From NCBI GenBank assembly GCA_050916045.1, contig CP051526.1:1088001-1152000 (forward strand): DNA of 64,000 nucleotides, written 5' to 3'. The first letter of the stretch is position 1, and each line of letters opens with the position of its first letter. The notes under the pieces are model-generated. The model was not told where the DNA came from, did no database searches, and was given only the letters and a program-made list of their open reading frames with translations. Source of the stretch: Tepidisphaera sp. GTDB taxonomy: Bacteria; Planctomycetota; Phycisphaerae; Phycisphaerales; UBA1924. Position numbers and translations under genes: made by a program. Below are positions 31,896 through 42,172 of the stretch, piece by piece.

Positions 31896-32918
31896 TCAAC
31901 GTGTCGCCGCCTGACCCCTGCCGGCGATCATCGCCGCGAGCTCATCCATGATCCTGCCCTGCTCGACCGCGATCTCGCCGACGACCTTCTCCGCTTCGAC
32001 ATACGCCGCCGCTTCGGACTCCGGGAACTCCGCCGAAAAGACGATCCCCTTCTCCGTCGCGCTCCATTTCCCCCAGTGGGTCTTGAGAGCCGCGAACATC
32101 GCGCCCGCGAGCTTGCAGAACTCCGCGTTGGACTCGTTCAACTCCCGCTGCTTGCCCCGCGCCGCCGCTCCGGCTTCAAACCCGGTCAGCACCTCGTGCA
32201 TGATCCGCTCGGACGCCTCGGCCGCGACCAAGCGGTTCCCAAGCTCCTTGCGCGCACCGTCGAAAGCCGCTCCGAACTTCTCCGCCCGCACACGCGCCGC
32301 ATCAAGCAGCACCACCCGCGCATCCAGATCCTCGACGGTCTTGATGCCCGCGACGCTCATCCCGCCCGCGCGATTGAAAGCGTCAAACGCCATGTTCTGA
32401 CCCACCGCCAGTTCATTGAGCTCGCGCGCGAACTTCGAGACCGCCATCGCGACCTGCCGCTCCTTCACGCTCGCATCCTTCGCCGATGACTCAATGGCCT
32501 TCGCCGTGCGTTCACCCGCCGCGGCCAGCTTCTCCGTCTCACCAGACCGGACCGCCTCAGCCTGCTGCTCGCGAGCCGCCGCGAACTCCCGAGTCCCCGC
32601 CGACGCACGAGCCGGCCCCCCGATCATCTGGTAGACGCCAAAGCCCGACATCAGCAGCGCGGCCGCGCACGCCGTCGCCCGCGCCGCTTTCGTGCTCCGC
32701 ACGCCAATCCAGTACGCCGCCACGCCCAGCACAAGCGGCAGGATGAGCGCCGCCGCCGCAGCCCCCGCAACCGCCGGAGCGGCGTACGTCATGTTCGACC
32801 CCGAAGACTTGAGCCCGGCGAACTTGGCGTACGCCAAAGCGGCGATCCCCGCCGTGATCGCCACAAAGACGACCGGGCTGTTGCCGAAGATGGGCGGTTT
32901 GCTCTGCGGTTGGGACAT
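31896..32918 (-). CDS. Hypothetical membrane protein (tandem paralog 2)
   Basis: Three TM helices plus helical domain; shares KPP.FGNS, RSTKAAR.TAC and HWG.W with its neighbour. Confidence 0.75.
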   Translation of the reverse strand: MSQPQSKPPIFGNSPVVFVAITAGIAALAYAKFAGLKSSGSNMTYAAPAVAGAAAAALILPLVLGVAAYWIGVRSTKAARATACAAALLMSGFGVYQMIGGPARASAGTREFAAAREQQAEAVRSGETEKLAAAGERTAKAIESSAKDASVKERQVAMAVSKFARELNELAVGQNMAFDAFNRAGGMSVAGIKTVEDLDARVVLLDAARVRAEKFGAAFDGARKELGNRLVAAEASERIMHEVLTGFEAGAAARGKQRELNESNAEFCKLAGAMFAALKTHWGKWSATEKGIVFSAEFPESEAAAYVEAEKVVGEIAVEQGRIMDELAAMIAGRGQAATR

Positions 32919-33042
32919 CGCTTGCTCCGAAGGGTGGCGGATAACTCCGCGGCACGCCGCGGTACCGATCGGTCATCGAACGACGCGATCCGCCACTTCA
33001 GACCAAGTGCGTGAGATGTCGCAAATCACCCCGGCGATCGCA

Positions 33043-34113
33043 TCAACGCTTCGGAGCCGCCGCACGCTCCGCCAGACTGTCCGCGATGTCGCTGGTCAGC
33101 GTGTCCTGCTCGGCGATCTGCTCATCCAAGCGGACCGCGGCCTGGTTGTACGCTTCGATGTCCGCGTCGGGAACCTTCTCCTCGAACGCGACCTCGTCCC
33201 CCTGCATCTCCCACTCGCCCCAGTGCTTCTTGAGCATCGTGAGCATCGACTTCATCGTGCCGCAGCACTCGACGTTGGAAGCGTTCAACTTCGCCTGCTT
33301 GGCGCGGACCTTCGCATTGGACCGAAACCCGTTCATCACCGAGCTCACCATCTGTGGCGATACGCTCGCGGCGCGGAGCGCGTCCTTTGCCTTGGTCTCA
33401 AACCCGTCGAACTCCTTCTGGTACGTGATCGCCGCGTCAAGCGTCGTCTGAAGCTGGGCAAGCCGAGCCTCGATGTCCGCTTCGGACGTGATCGTCGCCG
33501 GGTCCACCCCGCCGAGCGTCCCAAGCTTCTCGAACGCTTCGTTCTGGGCGATCGCCAGCCCGTTCAGCTCTCGTCCGAGCGAAGCCATCGTCGTCGCGAC
33601 CGCTTTGAGCTCCGGCGTGTCCTCTCCCATCTTCTCGATCACCGCAAGCGACCGATCGCTCGCGTCCGCGATCTTGTCCGTGTCGCCCGAGCGGATCGCC
33701 CGGGCCTGCTCGTTCCGCGCCGCGTTGAGCTCGTCCGTGAAGTCCTTCTGGCTCGCGACGCGCGCTCGCTGACGTTCCACCACGACCCGGCTGACATGGC
33801 CCATGGAGACAAACACCGCCACCACGCACGCGGTGATCCGCGCCGCTTTCGTGCTCCTCAAGCCAAGCCAGTACGCGATCCACCCCAGGAGCAGCGGGAA
33901 CAGGATCGCTCCGATCACCACGCCGATCATCGCGCCCATCGAATAAGCCGACGCAAGCTCCGGGCTCCGAGCCTGCCGCTGCGTCCCGATGATCAGGTTC
34001 GCCGCCACCCCGAGGCCCACGGCCAAGAGCAAGCACGCCAAAACGGCCATGCTGTTGCCGAAGACCGGGGGTTTGGCAGGTTTGGACGCGGGAGACGGCT
34101 CGGGAATAGACAT
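33043..34113 (-). CDS. Hypothetical membrane protein (tandem paralog 1)
   Basis: Three TM helices plus helical domain; collinear similarity to 31896-32918. Confidence 0.75.
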   Translation of the reverse strand: MSIPEPSPASKPAKPPVFGNSMAVLACLLLAVGLGVAANLIIGTQRQARSPELASAYSMGAMIGVVIGAILFPLLLGWIAYWLGLRSTKAARITACVVAVFVSMGHVSRVVVERQRARVASQKDFTDELNAARNEQARAIRSGDTDKIADASDRSLAVIEKMGEDTPELKAVATTMASLGRELNGLAIAQNEAFEKLGTLGGVDPATITSEADIEARLAQLQTTLDAAITYQKEFDGFETKAKDALRAASVSPQMVSSVMNGFRSNAKVRAKQAKLNASNVECCGTMKSMLTMLKKHWGEWEMQGDEVAFEEKVPDADIEAYNQAAVRLDEQIAEQDTLTSDIADSLAERAAAPKR

Positions 34114-34266
34114 GGGGAGGAGAATAACCGGTCATCGGCTCGCAGCCAACCCCGACCCCGCCGATGGCCGCCGAAACCCAAGCCAGCACGGCCACAGAGA
34201 GGCCCGGCCCCGACCCCCCATACCTTTCCCGCTCTTATTCCGCCCGCCTCTCAGGAACCGCTCCCC

Positions 34267-37161
34267 ATGTCCCTCCAGTGGCCCGTCGCCAAAGTCCGCC
34301 AGTCCTTCCTTGACTTCTTCTGCAAGAAGCATGGTCACACCTTCATCCCCTCCTCCCCCGTCGTCCCCCACGAGGACCCCACCCTCCTCTTCACCAACGC
34401 CGGGATGAACCAGTTCAAGCCGATCTTCCTCGGCCAGGCCCCGGCCGACAGCCCCCTCGGCAAGCTCCGCCGCGCCGCCAACAGCCAGAAGTGCATCCGC
34501 GCCGGCGGCAAGCACAACGACCTCGAAGACGTCGGCAAGGACACCTACCACCACACCTTCTTCGAAATGCTCGGCAACTGGTCCTTCGCCGACTACTTCA
34601 AAAAGGAAGCCATCGACTGGTCCTGGGAGCTCCTCACCCAGGTCTACGGCATCCCCGCAGACCGCCTCTACGCCACCTACTTCGAAGGCCACGCCGCAAG
34701 CGGCATCAAGCCCGACGAAGAGACCCGCGAACTCTGGCTTAAGTACCTCCCCAACAACCGCATCATCCCCGGCAACATGAAGGACAACTTCTGGGAGATG
34801 GGCGAGACCGGACCCTGCGGCCCCTGCACCGAGATCCACGTCGACCGCATCGGCGGCCGCAACGCCGCGCCCATGGTCAACCAAAGCGACCCCAACGTCA
34901 TCGAAATCTGGAACAACGTCTTCATCCAGTTCGAACGCCTCGCCGACCGCTCGCTCCGCCCCCTCCCCGGCAAGCACGTCGACACCGGCATGGGCCTCGA
35001 GCGCGTCACCTCGATCTTGCAGGGCAAGTTCAGCAACTACGACACCGACACCTTCTCAGGGATCTTCCGCGCCATCGAAGAGATCACCGGCGCCCGGGCG
35101 TACATGGGCCGCTTGGGCGATGAAGACCCCGAGAACATCGACACCGCCTACCGCGTCATCGCGGACCACATCCGCACGCTCACCTTCGCGCTGACGGACG
35201 GGGCTTTGCCCAGCAACGTCGGCCGCGGGTACGTCCTCCGCCGAATCCTGCGTCGCGCCGTCCGCTACGGCCGCCAGATGCTCGGTGCCAAGACCGGCTT
35301 CTTCAACCGCCTCGTGCCCGTCGTCGTCGACGAGATGAAGGTCGCCTTCCCCGAGCTCGCGAAGAACCCGTCCAAGGTCGCGGACATCATCCGCGACGAG
35401 GAAGAGAGCTTCGGCAAGACGCTCGACCGCGGCATCAAGATCTTCGCCGACCTCGCCGGTGACCTCGGCCGCGCGAAGAAGACGGTCGTGAGCGGCGCGG
35501 ACGCGTTCAAGCTCTACGACACCTTCGGCTTCCCCGTCGACCTCACGGCCCTCATGGCTTCCGAAAAGGGCCTCACCGTCGACATGGACGGGTACGAAGC
35601 CGAACGCAAGAAAGCCGAGGAACTCAGCAAGTCCGGCGGCAAGTCCGCCGAAACCCACGGCCAGGCCCGCCCGACGCTCGACGGCGACGCCGTCGCCAAG
35701 CTCAAGCACCAGAACGTCCAGCCCACCGATGACGTCTACAAGTTCGACGACCGCATGATCTCCGCCCATGTCCGCGCCGTCTGGAACGGCACCGACTTCG
35801 ACGATTCCGCCAAAGCCGGCATGGGCAAGCTCGTCGGCCTCGTGCTCGACCGCACGAACTTCTACGCCGAAATGGGCGGCCAGGAAGCCGACCACGGACG
35901 CATCCTCGACGTCAAGGGCGGGTCCTCAAGCGGCGGCGAGTTCCGCGTCCTCCACGTCTCCACCCACGGCGGGTTCGTCCTCCACGTCGGACAGGTCATC
36001 AGCGGGGATTTCAAGGTCGGCGAAGCCGTCGAACTGCACGTCGACAAGCACCGCCGCTCCGCGATCGAAAGCAACCACACCGCCACGCACCTCATGAACT
36101 TCGCGCTCCGCAAGGTCCTCGGCGACCATGTCGACCAGAAGGGCTCCCTCGTCACGCCCGAACGCTTGCGGTTTGACTTCAGCCACACCGGCCCCGTGAC
36201 CGCCGTCGAAGCCGCGACGGTCGACCAGATCGTGAGCGAGCAGATCGCCCGCGACCTCACCGTGTACGCCCAGCCCGCCGACCTCGCGACCGCGAAGAAG
36301 ATCACCGGCGTCCGCGCCGTCTTCGGCGAGACCTACCCCGATCCGGTCCGCGTCGTCTCCATCGGCCAGCCCGTGATGGACCTCACGCACGGGCCCGAAA
36401 GCCCGATGTGGGCCGAGCTTTCAATCGAGTTCTGCGGCGGGACGCACGTCCCATCGACCAAGTCGATCGCGGCGTTCACGGTTGTCTCGGAGGAAGCCGT
36501 CGCCAAGGGCGTCCGCCGCCTCACCGCGCTCACGGGCGAAGCCGCTCGCGGCGCGATCGGCGCCGGCAAGCTGATGCGCGAACGCGTCCAGCAAGCCGCC
36601 AAGTTCCCCGACGACCAGCTCGGTCCGGTCCTCAACGAGATCACCCAGGCGACCGAAGCTTCCACCATGCCCGTGGCCCACAAAGCCGAGATCCGCCAGG
36701 AAATCGCCAAGCTCCAGGAACGCGTGAAAGCCGCCGCGAAAGCGGCCGGCGCAGCCAAACGCGACTCGGCCGTCCGCGAAGCCAAGGTCATCGCCGAGTC
36801 CGCTTGCAACTCGGGCGACCCCGTCATCGTCGCCACCGTCGACGCCGGCGAGGATCGCCAGGCTCTCCAAGCCGCGGTGCAAGCCGTCGTCGACATCTGC
36901 CCCCGCGCGGCCATCATGCTCATGTCGATCGTCGAACCTTCGGGTGGCGAAGCCGGCAAGGTCGCCATCATGTGCCAGGTCCCCGCCGCGATGCAGCAGA
37001 AGGGCCTCAAAGCCGGCGACTGGCTCCGCGAAACCGCGGCGATCGTCGGCGGCAAAGGCGGCGGCAAACCCGACAGCGCCCAAGGCGGCGGCACCGACAC
37101 CACGAAGGTCCGCGAAGCGGTCACGTTCGCGAGGACGAACGCCCTGGCGAAGGTGATGTAG
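34267..37161 (+). CDS. alaS: Alanine--tRNA ligase
   Basis: DPTLLFTNAGMNQFK, HHTFFEMLGNWSFAD, HTATH, EFCGGTH, GGKGGG; true start MSLQWP at 34267. Confidence 0.98.
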   Translation: MSLQWPVAKVRQSFLDFFCKKHGHTFIPSSPVVPHEDPTLLFTNAGMNQFKPIFLGQAPADSPLGKLRRAANSQKCIRAGGKHNDLEDVGKDTYHHTFFEMLGNWSFADYFKKEAIDWSWELLTQVYGIPADRLYATYFEGHAASGIKPDEETRELWLKYLPNNRIIPGNMKDNFWEMGETGPCGPCTEIHVDRIGGRNAAPMVNQSDPNVIEIWNNVFIQFERLADRSLRPLPGKHVDTGMGLERVTSILQGKFSNYDTDTFSGIFRAIEEITGARAYMGRLGDEDPENIDTAYRVIADHIRTLTFALTDGALPSNVGRGYVLRRILRRAVRYGRQMLGAKTGFFNRLVPVVVDEMKVAFPELAKNPSKVADIIRDEEESFGKTLDRGIKIFADLAGDLGRAKKTVVSGADAFKLYDTFGFPVDLTALMASEKGLTVDMDGYEAERKKAEELSKSGGKSAETHGQARPTLDGDAVAKLKHQNVQPTDDVYKFDDRMISAHVRAVWNGTDFDDSAKAGMGKLVGLVLDRTNFYAEMGGQEADHGRILDVKGGSSSGGEFRVLHVSTHGGFVLHVGQVISGDFKVGEAVELHVDKHRRSAIESNHTATHLMNFALRKVLGDHVDQKGSLVTPERLRFDFSHTGPVTAVEAATVDQIVSEQIARDLTVYAQPADLATAKKITGVRAVFGETYPDPVRVVSIGQPVMDLTHGPESPMWAELSIEFCGGTHVPSTKSIAAFTVVSEEAVAKGVRRLTALTGEAARGAIGAGKLMRERVQQAAKFPDDQLGPVLNEITQATEASTMPVAHKAEIRQEIAKLQERVKAAAKAAGAAKRDSAVREAKVIAESACNSGDPVIVATVDAGEDRQALQAAVQAVVDICPRAAIMLMSIVEPSGGEAGKVAIMCQVPAAMQQKGLKAGDWLRETAAIVGGKGGGKPDSAQGGGTDTTKVREAVTFARTNALAKVM

Positions 37162-37190
37162 AAGTCACGAAGTGGCGGAAAGCTTGGCCG

Positions 37191-37562
37191 TCACGCTTTC
37201 TTGACGAACTCGGACTTGAGCTGCATGGCACCGATGCCCTCGATGCGGCAGTCGATGTCGTGGTCGCCGTCGACCAAGCGGATGTTCTTGACCTTGGTGC
37301 CGCCCTTGACGACCAGCGAGGACCCTTTGACCTTGAGGTCCTTGATCACGATGACGGTGTCGCCGGTCGCGAGCGGGTTCCCGTTCGCGTCGCGGACGGT
37401 GGTGTCTTCCGCGGGATCCTCCGTGGCGCCAACGGCGGGGGCCGGCGCGGTGGTGGGGGCGTCCGGGTTCCACTCGTGCGAGCAGGCGGGGCAGACCATC
37501 AGCGCCCCGTCGCGGTACGTGTAGTCGGCTTGACACTTGGGGCACGCGGGCGAATGGGGCAT
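37191..37562 (-). CDS. yjdM: Zinc-ribbon protein YjdM (PhnA family)
   Basis: CPKC...[31 protein letters not shown]...LKSEFVKK. Confidence 0.92.
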   Translation of the reverse strand: MPHSPACPKCQADYTYRDGALMVCPACSHEWNPDAPTTAPAPAVGATEDPAEDTTVRDANGNPLATGDTVIVIKDLKVKGSSLVVKGGTKVKNIRLVDGDHDIDCRIEGIGAMQLKSEFVKKA

Positions 37563-37684
37563 GGGGAGAGGTTAGCGGCATTGACTTCACGAAGGGTCGC
37601 CGTTCCGGGGCTGTGAATGCTCGGCGACGGCGGGTCTCGGCCTGAACACGCTTGGCCGGGGGTGAACTGATAGACTCCCGCCCC

Positions 37685-40420
37685 ATGAATCCCGCCGCCA
37701 TCGGCCCATACACGATCGAGCGAGAACTCGGCCGCGGCGGCATGGGGGAGGTCTTTCTTGCCCGCGACACGCGGCTTGATCGTCAGGTCGCCATCAAAGC
37801 GATGCCGGCCCACCTCGCGCAGGACGCCGACCGGCTCGCTCGCTTCCAGCGTGAAGCGAAAGTGCTCGCGTCGCTGAGCCATCCGGGCATCGGCGCGATC
37901 TACGGGCTCGAAGAGGTCGCGGGGCACCAGTACCTGATCCTGGAGTTCATCGAGGGGGAGACGCTCGCCGATCGCCTCGCAAGCGGGGCCCTGCCCATCC
38001 ACGAGGCGTTGTCGCTCGCCAAGCAGATCGCCGAAGCGCTCGAAGCCGCCCATGAGAAGGGGATCGTCCACCGCGATCTCAAGCCCGCGAACGTCATGGT
38101 GACCTCGGACGGCGCGGTCAAGGTGCTGGACTTCGGCTTGGCCCGCACGGAAGAGCCGTCAGCGCCGACGGGCGCGATGCAGGTGCTCCCTGATTCGCCG
38201 ACCGTCGCCGTGCCCGCACGCCAGTCGCCGGCCCACTCGCCGACCATTCCCGGCGTGATCATGGGCACCGCGGGGTACATGAGCCCCGAGCAAGCACGCG
38301 GCAAACCCGTCGACAAGCGGTCGGACATCTTCTCGTTCGGGTGCGTGCTGTTCGAGATGCTGACGGGCGCAAGGCCGTTCCGCGGCGAGACCGTGGCCGA
38401 TGCGCTGGGCGCGACGCTGCACAAGGAACTCGACTTTGGCCTGCTGCCTCACGCGACGCCGCGCCGGGTGCGGGAACTCCTGACGAACTGCCTCGCCAAG
38501 GACCGCAAGCAGCGGCTGCAAGACATCGGCGATGCACGGCTCGAACTCGAACGGGCCAACCTGGAGCCGCGCGAGCCCACCCACGCCCCCGCCGCCGCGA
38601 CGCCCTGGTGGCGATCGGCCGGCGTGCTCGCCACCGTCTCGCTGGCCGCGCTGGCGGTTGTGGCCACGGCGGCGCTGCTGCGGCCTTGGCGTGCAGCGAG
38701 CACAAGCGAGCAAAGGGTCCTCCGCGCGGCTCTGACCCTTCCCAAGGGGATGACGCTGCTTGAAGGGTTGCGGGCGGTTTCCATCTCCCCGGACGGGACG
38801 CAAGCTCTGCTCTCGCTGTTTGCGAAGGATGGATCATCGCCCCCGTCGCTGTTCCTGCGCGACCTCTCGCGGCTTGAGTTCCGTCCGCTGGCGGGCACCG
38901 AGGGGGCGTCGCAACCGTTCTGGTCCCCCGACGGCACATCCATCGCGTTCTTCGCAGCCGGCAAGCTCAAACGCCTCGATCTCGCCGATGGCATCGTCCG
39001 CGTGCTCTGCGACGCTCCGGTCGGGCGCGGCGGGTGCTGGGGAAGCAAGGGCACCATCGTCTTTGCCCCAAGCGCCGGCGGTGGACTCTCGATCGTGAGC
39101 GATGCCGGCGGCACGCCAACTCCCATCACCACGTCCGCGACGCCCGGCGAGTCGCACCGCGTGCCCCAGATGCTCCCCGACGGCGAGCGGTTTCTCTACG
39201 TCGTCAACAACAGCACGGCCCCGGGCGTCTACGCGTACGACCCCTCGGCCAAGGAGCCAAAGCTGCTCATCGCCGGGAAGGACTCGACCGAAGCGATCTT
39301 TGTCGAGCCCGGAATGCTCGTCTTCGCACGCGATGAGAACCTCTTGGTGCAGCCCTTTGATGTGCAGCGCCTGGAACTCACCGGCTCCGCCCGGCCGATC
39401 GCGGGTGATGTGCAGTACGACAAGAGGCGAGCGTTCATCAACGCAGGGGTGTCGCCACGCGGCACGTTGATCTACCAGGTGGTCAATCCGCCGACCCGGT
39501 ACAAACTCGCGTGGATGGACCGAAAGGGCGAGCAGACCCCGCTGCCCGCCGAGCCGGCGGCCTTCCGCTCCGCGTTCGCTTCGCTCACCAAGGACGCTCG
39601 CCGCGCCGTCATCGAGATCACGGGCAGCCGCGGCGAGTCGTCCGTTGCGATCATTGATCTGGATCGAGGCATCGTGGTGCCCGTGGGTGATCCAAAGGCC
39701 TCGTTCAACTACGGCGGGCTGTGGGCGCCCGGAGAGCAAAGCGTCATCATCGGGACGGACTTGATCCCCGGGATTCAGTCCATCGCGAGTTTCCCGATCA
39801 ACGGCGGGCCCGGCACGCCTGTCGTCAAGGGCGAGTACGGCTTCGAGTATTGGGCAACGACGTTCTCACTCGACGGCAGGACGATGCTGTTCACCCGGGC
39901 CTCGATGATCGACAAACTTCCCGACATCATGACCGTGGACCTTGGCAAGGACCAGCCCGCCACCCGGTTCATGCAGACGCCCGATGGGGAGTGGAACCCG
40001 CGACTCTCGCCCGACGGCGATATCGTCGCGTACGCCGTCTCGGCTGAAGATGACGCGAGCGCCGTGCTGAAAGTCGTCACGTACCCGACACCCTTCGCAC
40101 CGGTCCAGGTCTCGGCCACTCCGGTCACGCTCACCTCGGGTCTGTGGGTCGGTCCGACCGAGTTGTCGTGGGTGGACACGTCGCGACGGGCCTGGAGCTC
40201 GACGATCACGGCGAAAGATGGTCGTCTCGACGTCGGGGTGCCCAAACCGATGTTTGGCGGCACGCCGCTGGATACGCAGATCGGCCTCCTCGACTACGAC
40301 ATCCCGCGCGAGCGTTTCCTGATCGCCATCGTGGACGAGCCCCGCGAAGACCCGCGGCTCATCATCGTGAGCGACTGGCGATCGGATGTCGCGGGCACGC
40401 GAACGGTACCGAAGAAATAG
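37685..40420 (+). CDS. Ser/Thr protein kinase with TM and PD40/TolB-like beta-propeller
   Basis: LGRGGMGEV, VAIK, HRDLKPAN, DFGLA, YMSPEQ; PFWSPDG repeats. Confidence 0.94.
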   Translation: MNPAAIGPYTIERELGRGGMGEVFLARDTRLDRQVAIKAMPAHLAQDADRLARFQREAKVLASLSHPGIGAIYGLEEVAGHQYLILEFIEGETLADRLASGALPIHEALSLAKQIAEALEAAHEKGIVHRDLKPANVMVTSDGAVKVLDFGLARTEEPSAPTGAMQVLPDSPTVAVPARQSPAHSPTIPGVIMGTAGYMSPEQARGKPVDKRSDIFSFGCVLFEMLTGARPFRGETVADALGATLHKELDFGLLPHATPRRVRELLTNCLAKDRKQRLQDIGDARLELERANLEPREPTHAPAAATPWWRSAGVLATVSLAALAVVATAALLRPWRAASTSEQRVLRAALTLPKGMTLLEGLRAVSISPDGTQALLSLFAKDGSSPPSLFLRDLSRLEFRPLAGTEGASQPFWSPDGTSIAFFAAGKLKRLDLADGIVRVLCDAPVGRGGCWGSKGTIVFAPSAGGGLSIVSDAGGTPTPITTSATPGESHRVPQMLPDGERFLYVVNNSTAPGVYAYDPSAKEPKLLIAGKDSTEAIFVEPGMLVFARDENLLVQPFDVQRLELTGSARPIAGDVQYDKRRAFINAGVSPRGTLIYQVVNPPTRYKLAWMDRKGEQTPLPAEPAAFRSAFASLTKDARRAVIEITGSRGESSVAIIDLDRGIVVPVGDPKASFNYGGLWAPGEQSVIIGTDLIPGIQSIASFPINGGPGTPVVKGEYGFEYWATTFSLDGRTMLFTRASMIDKLPDIMTVDLGKDQPATRFMQTPDGEWNPRLSPDGDIVAYAVSAEDDASAVLKVVTYPTPFAPVQVSATPVTLTSGLWVGPTELSWVDTSRRAWSSTITAKDGRLDVGVPKPMFGGTPLDTQIGLLDYDIPRERFLIAIVDEPREDPRLIIVSDWRSDVAGTRTVPKK

Positions 40421-40711
40421 TCGTCCGCATGCGCACGGCGTGCGATTTGCGTTTCCCGGCCCGTGGATGCCTCTCGCGGCCGCCGGTCCGGGCAAGGTTC
40501 AGAAGCTCCAAGTGCACCCGACGGACGCGTCAAGATCGATCGTGGCGTAAGTCGCCTTCCTGGCGCACGCTTTCGGTGGTTACACCGGCTGTCGTGTCCG
40601 GCGTGACGTGACCAGACCTGACGTGGCGTGACGATGAGGGTGCGGTCAGTTGATGGGGACGCTTCGCCGCTTCTCCCTTTCTGGCGCTGCGGGCTCGTTC
40701 ACGGCGGTCGT

Positions 40712-42157
40712 TTACACCACGATGTCGACGGTGGCACCGCTTTGGCCGGGGGCGAGGGTGTGCTCGTGGGTGCCTTCGCGGGTGCAGAGGTCGCGGAGGT
40801 GTTTCACAACCGCTCCGAATTCGCCGCGGATCGGGGCGGTGAAGCGGTGCTTCTGCTCGGTCACAGGGTGCGTGATGCCGAGGATGGCGGCGTGGAGGGC
40901 TTGGCGTTCGAGGGACACTTTGGAGCCATCCTTCGCGGACATCAGGAACGGCTTGCCGCCGTACATGTCATCGCCGACGATCGGCCAGCCCAGGTGGGAG
41001 AGGTGGACGCGGATCTGGTGCGTGCGGCCGGTTTTGAGTTCGAGCTCGACGAGCGAATAGCAGTCCGAGCGGATGCCGCCGGTGTTGCGGGGGGTGCGCG
41101 AAATGGGGTTCCAGCCTTCGGCGACATCGGGGAGCGGCGGGGCGACGTCGGGACGCGGCGTGAGGGAGAAGCGTTCGCGCACGCGGCAGATGGTGGTCGC
41201 GGGCTTGCCGCCTTCGTCGTGGCGGACGACCTGGCGTTCGCGGAGGCCTCGCTCGCGGGATGGGTGCGGGCCGAGGGGGAACTCGATGGTCTGGACGACG
41301 GGCTCGACCCAGCCGTGGACGAGGGCGAGGTAGCGTTTGTCGACGCGGCGGTGTTCGAACTGGTGGCCGAGCTTCCAGTGGGCTTCGTCTTGTTTGGCGA
41401 AGACGATGCAGCCGGAGGTGTCGCGGTCGAGGCGGTGGACGACGCCGGGGCGGGCGAACTCTTCGCCGACGCCGGAGAGGGCGCCGCCGCCCCCACCCAT
41501 GAGCTTGCTTTTGTTCTTGAAGTGCCAAGCGAGGGCGTTGATGAGCGTGCCGGAGAGGTGTGATCGAGCGGGGTGGACGATGATGTCGGGCTGCTTGTTG
41601 AGGACGATCATGAACTCATCCTCGTAGAGGATGTCGATCGCGATCTCTTCGGGGACGGCGCCGCGGGCGGTGGGCGGCGGGACGACGACGCGGACGACGT
41701 CGCCGAGGCCGACTTTGTGCGAGGCTTTCGCGGGCTTGCCGTTGACGAGGACTTCGCCCTCGTCGATGAGCTTCTGGAGCCGGTTGCGGCTCATGAAGGT
41801 GATGCGGTCGGTGAGGTACTTGTCGAGGCGTTTGCCCAGGTCGCGTTGGAGGGTGAACTCGACGGTGCGGAGGCCTTCGGTCTCATCTTCGGCGGTGTCT
41901 TCACCGGCATCTTGGCCGGCTTGTTCGATGGCGGCGAGGATGGCTTCGGGGTCGACCTTGCCGCCGCGGAGGATGAGGGAGCGTGAGGGACCGCCGGAAG
42001 CCGTGACACCACCGACCGAGACGGATTCATCGGCATCGCTTGGCGCGACGGGGTCGGCGTGCGGTGTGGGCGGAGCGGACGGGACCTCTCGGGATGGCTT
42101 CCGAGGGTCGGCGGGCTTGCGCGGGGGTTGGCGCGGGGGTTGGGAGCGGTCACGCAT
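40712..42157 (-). CDS. rluD: RluA/RluD family pseudouridine synthase with S4 domain
   Basis: RLDKYL S4 domain, NKQPD, VHRLDRDTSG, TGRTHQIRVH, GDDMYGG, LHA. Confidence 0.88.
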   Translation of the reverse strand: MRDRSQPPRQPPRKPADPRKPSREVPSAPPTPHADPVAPSDADESVSVGGVTASGGPSRSLILRGGKVDPEAILAAIEQAGQDAGEDTAEDETEGLRTVEFTLQRDLGKRLDKYLTDRITFMSRNRLQKLIDEGEVLVNGKPAKASHKVGLGDVVRVVVPPPTARGAVPEEIAIDILYEDEFMIVLNKQPDIIVHPARSHLSGTLINALAWHFKNKSKLMGGGGGALSGVGEEFARPGVVHRLDRDTSGCIVFAKQDEAHWKLGHQFEHRRVDKRYLALVHGWVEPVVQTIEFPLGPHPSRERGLRERQVVRHDEGGKPATTICRVRERFSLTPRPDVAPPLPDVAEGWNPISRTPRNTGGIRSDCYSLVELELKTGRTHQIRVHLSHLGWPIVGDDMYGGKPFLMSAKDGSKVSLERQALHAAILGITHPVTEQKHRFTAPIRGEFGAVVKHLRDLCTREGTHEHTLAPGQSGATVDIVV

Positions 42158-42172
42158 GGCGGTCGGGGCCGC

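Noticed and set aside
32692..34266. 525-aa N-terminal extension of AlaRS in the ORF track
   Set aside because: It is antisense to two real membrane-protein genes; AlaRS homology begins at MSLQWP (34267).
40421..40711. oriC call in the intergenic gap near the skew switch
   Set aside because: No TTATCCACA-like boxes or AT-rich unwinding element visible; only the skew observation is reported.
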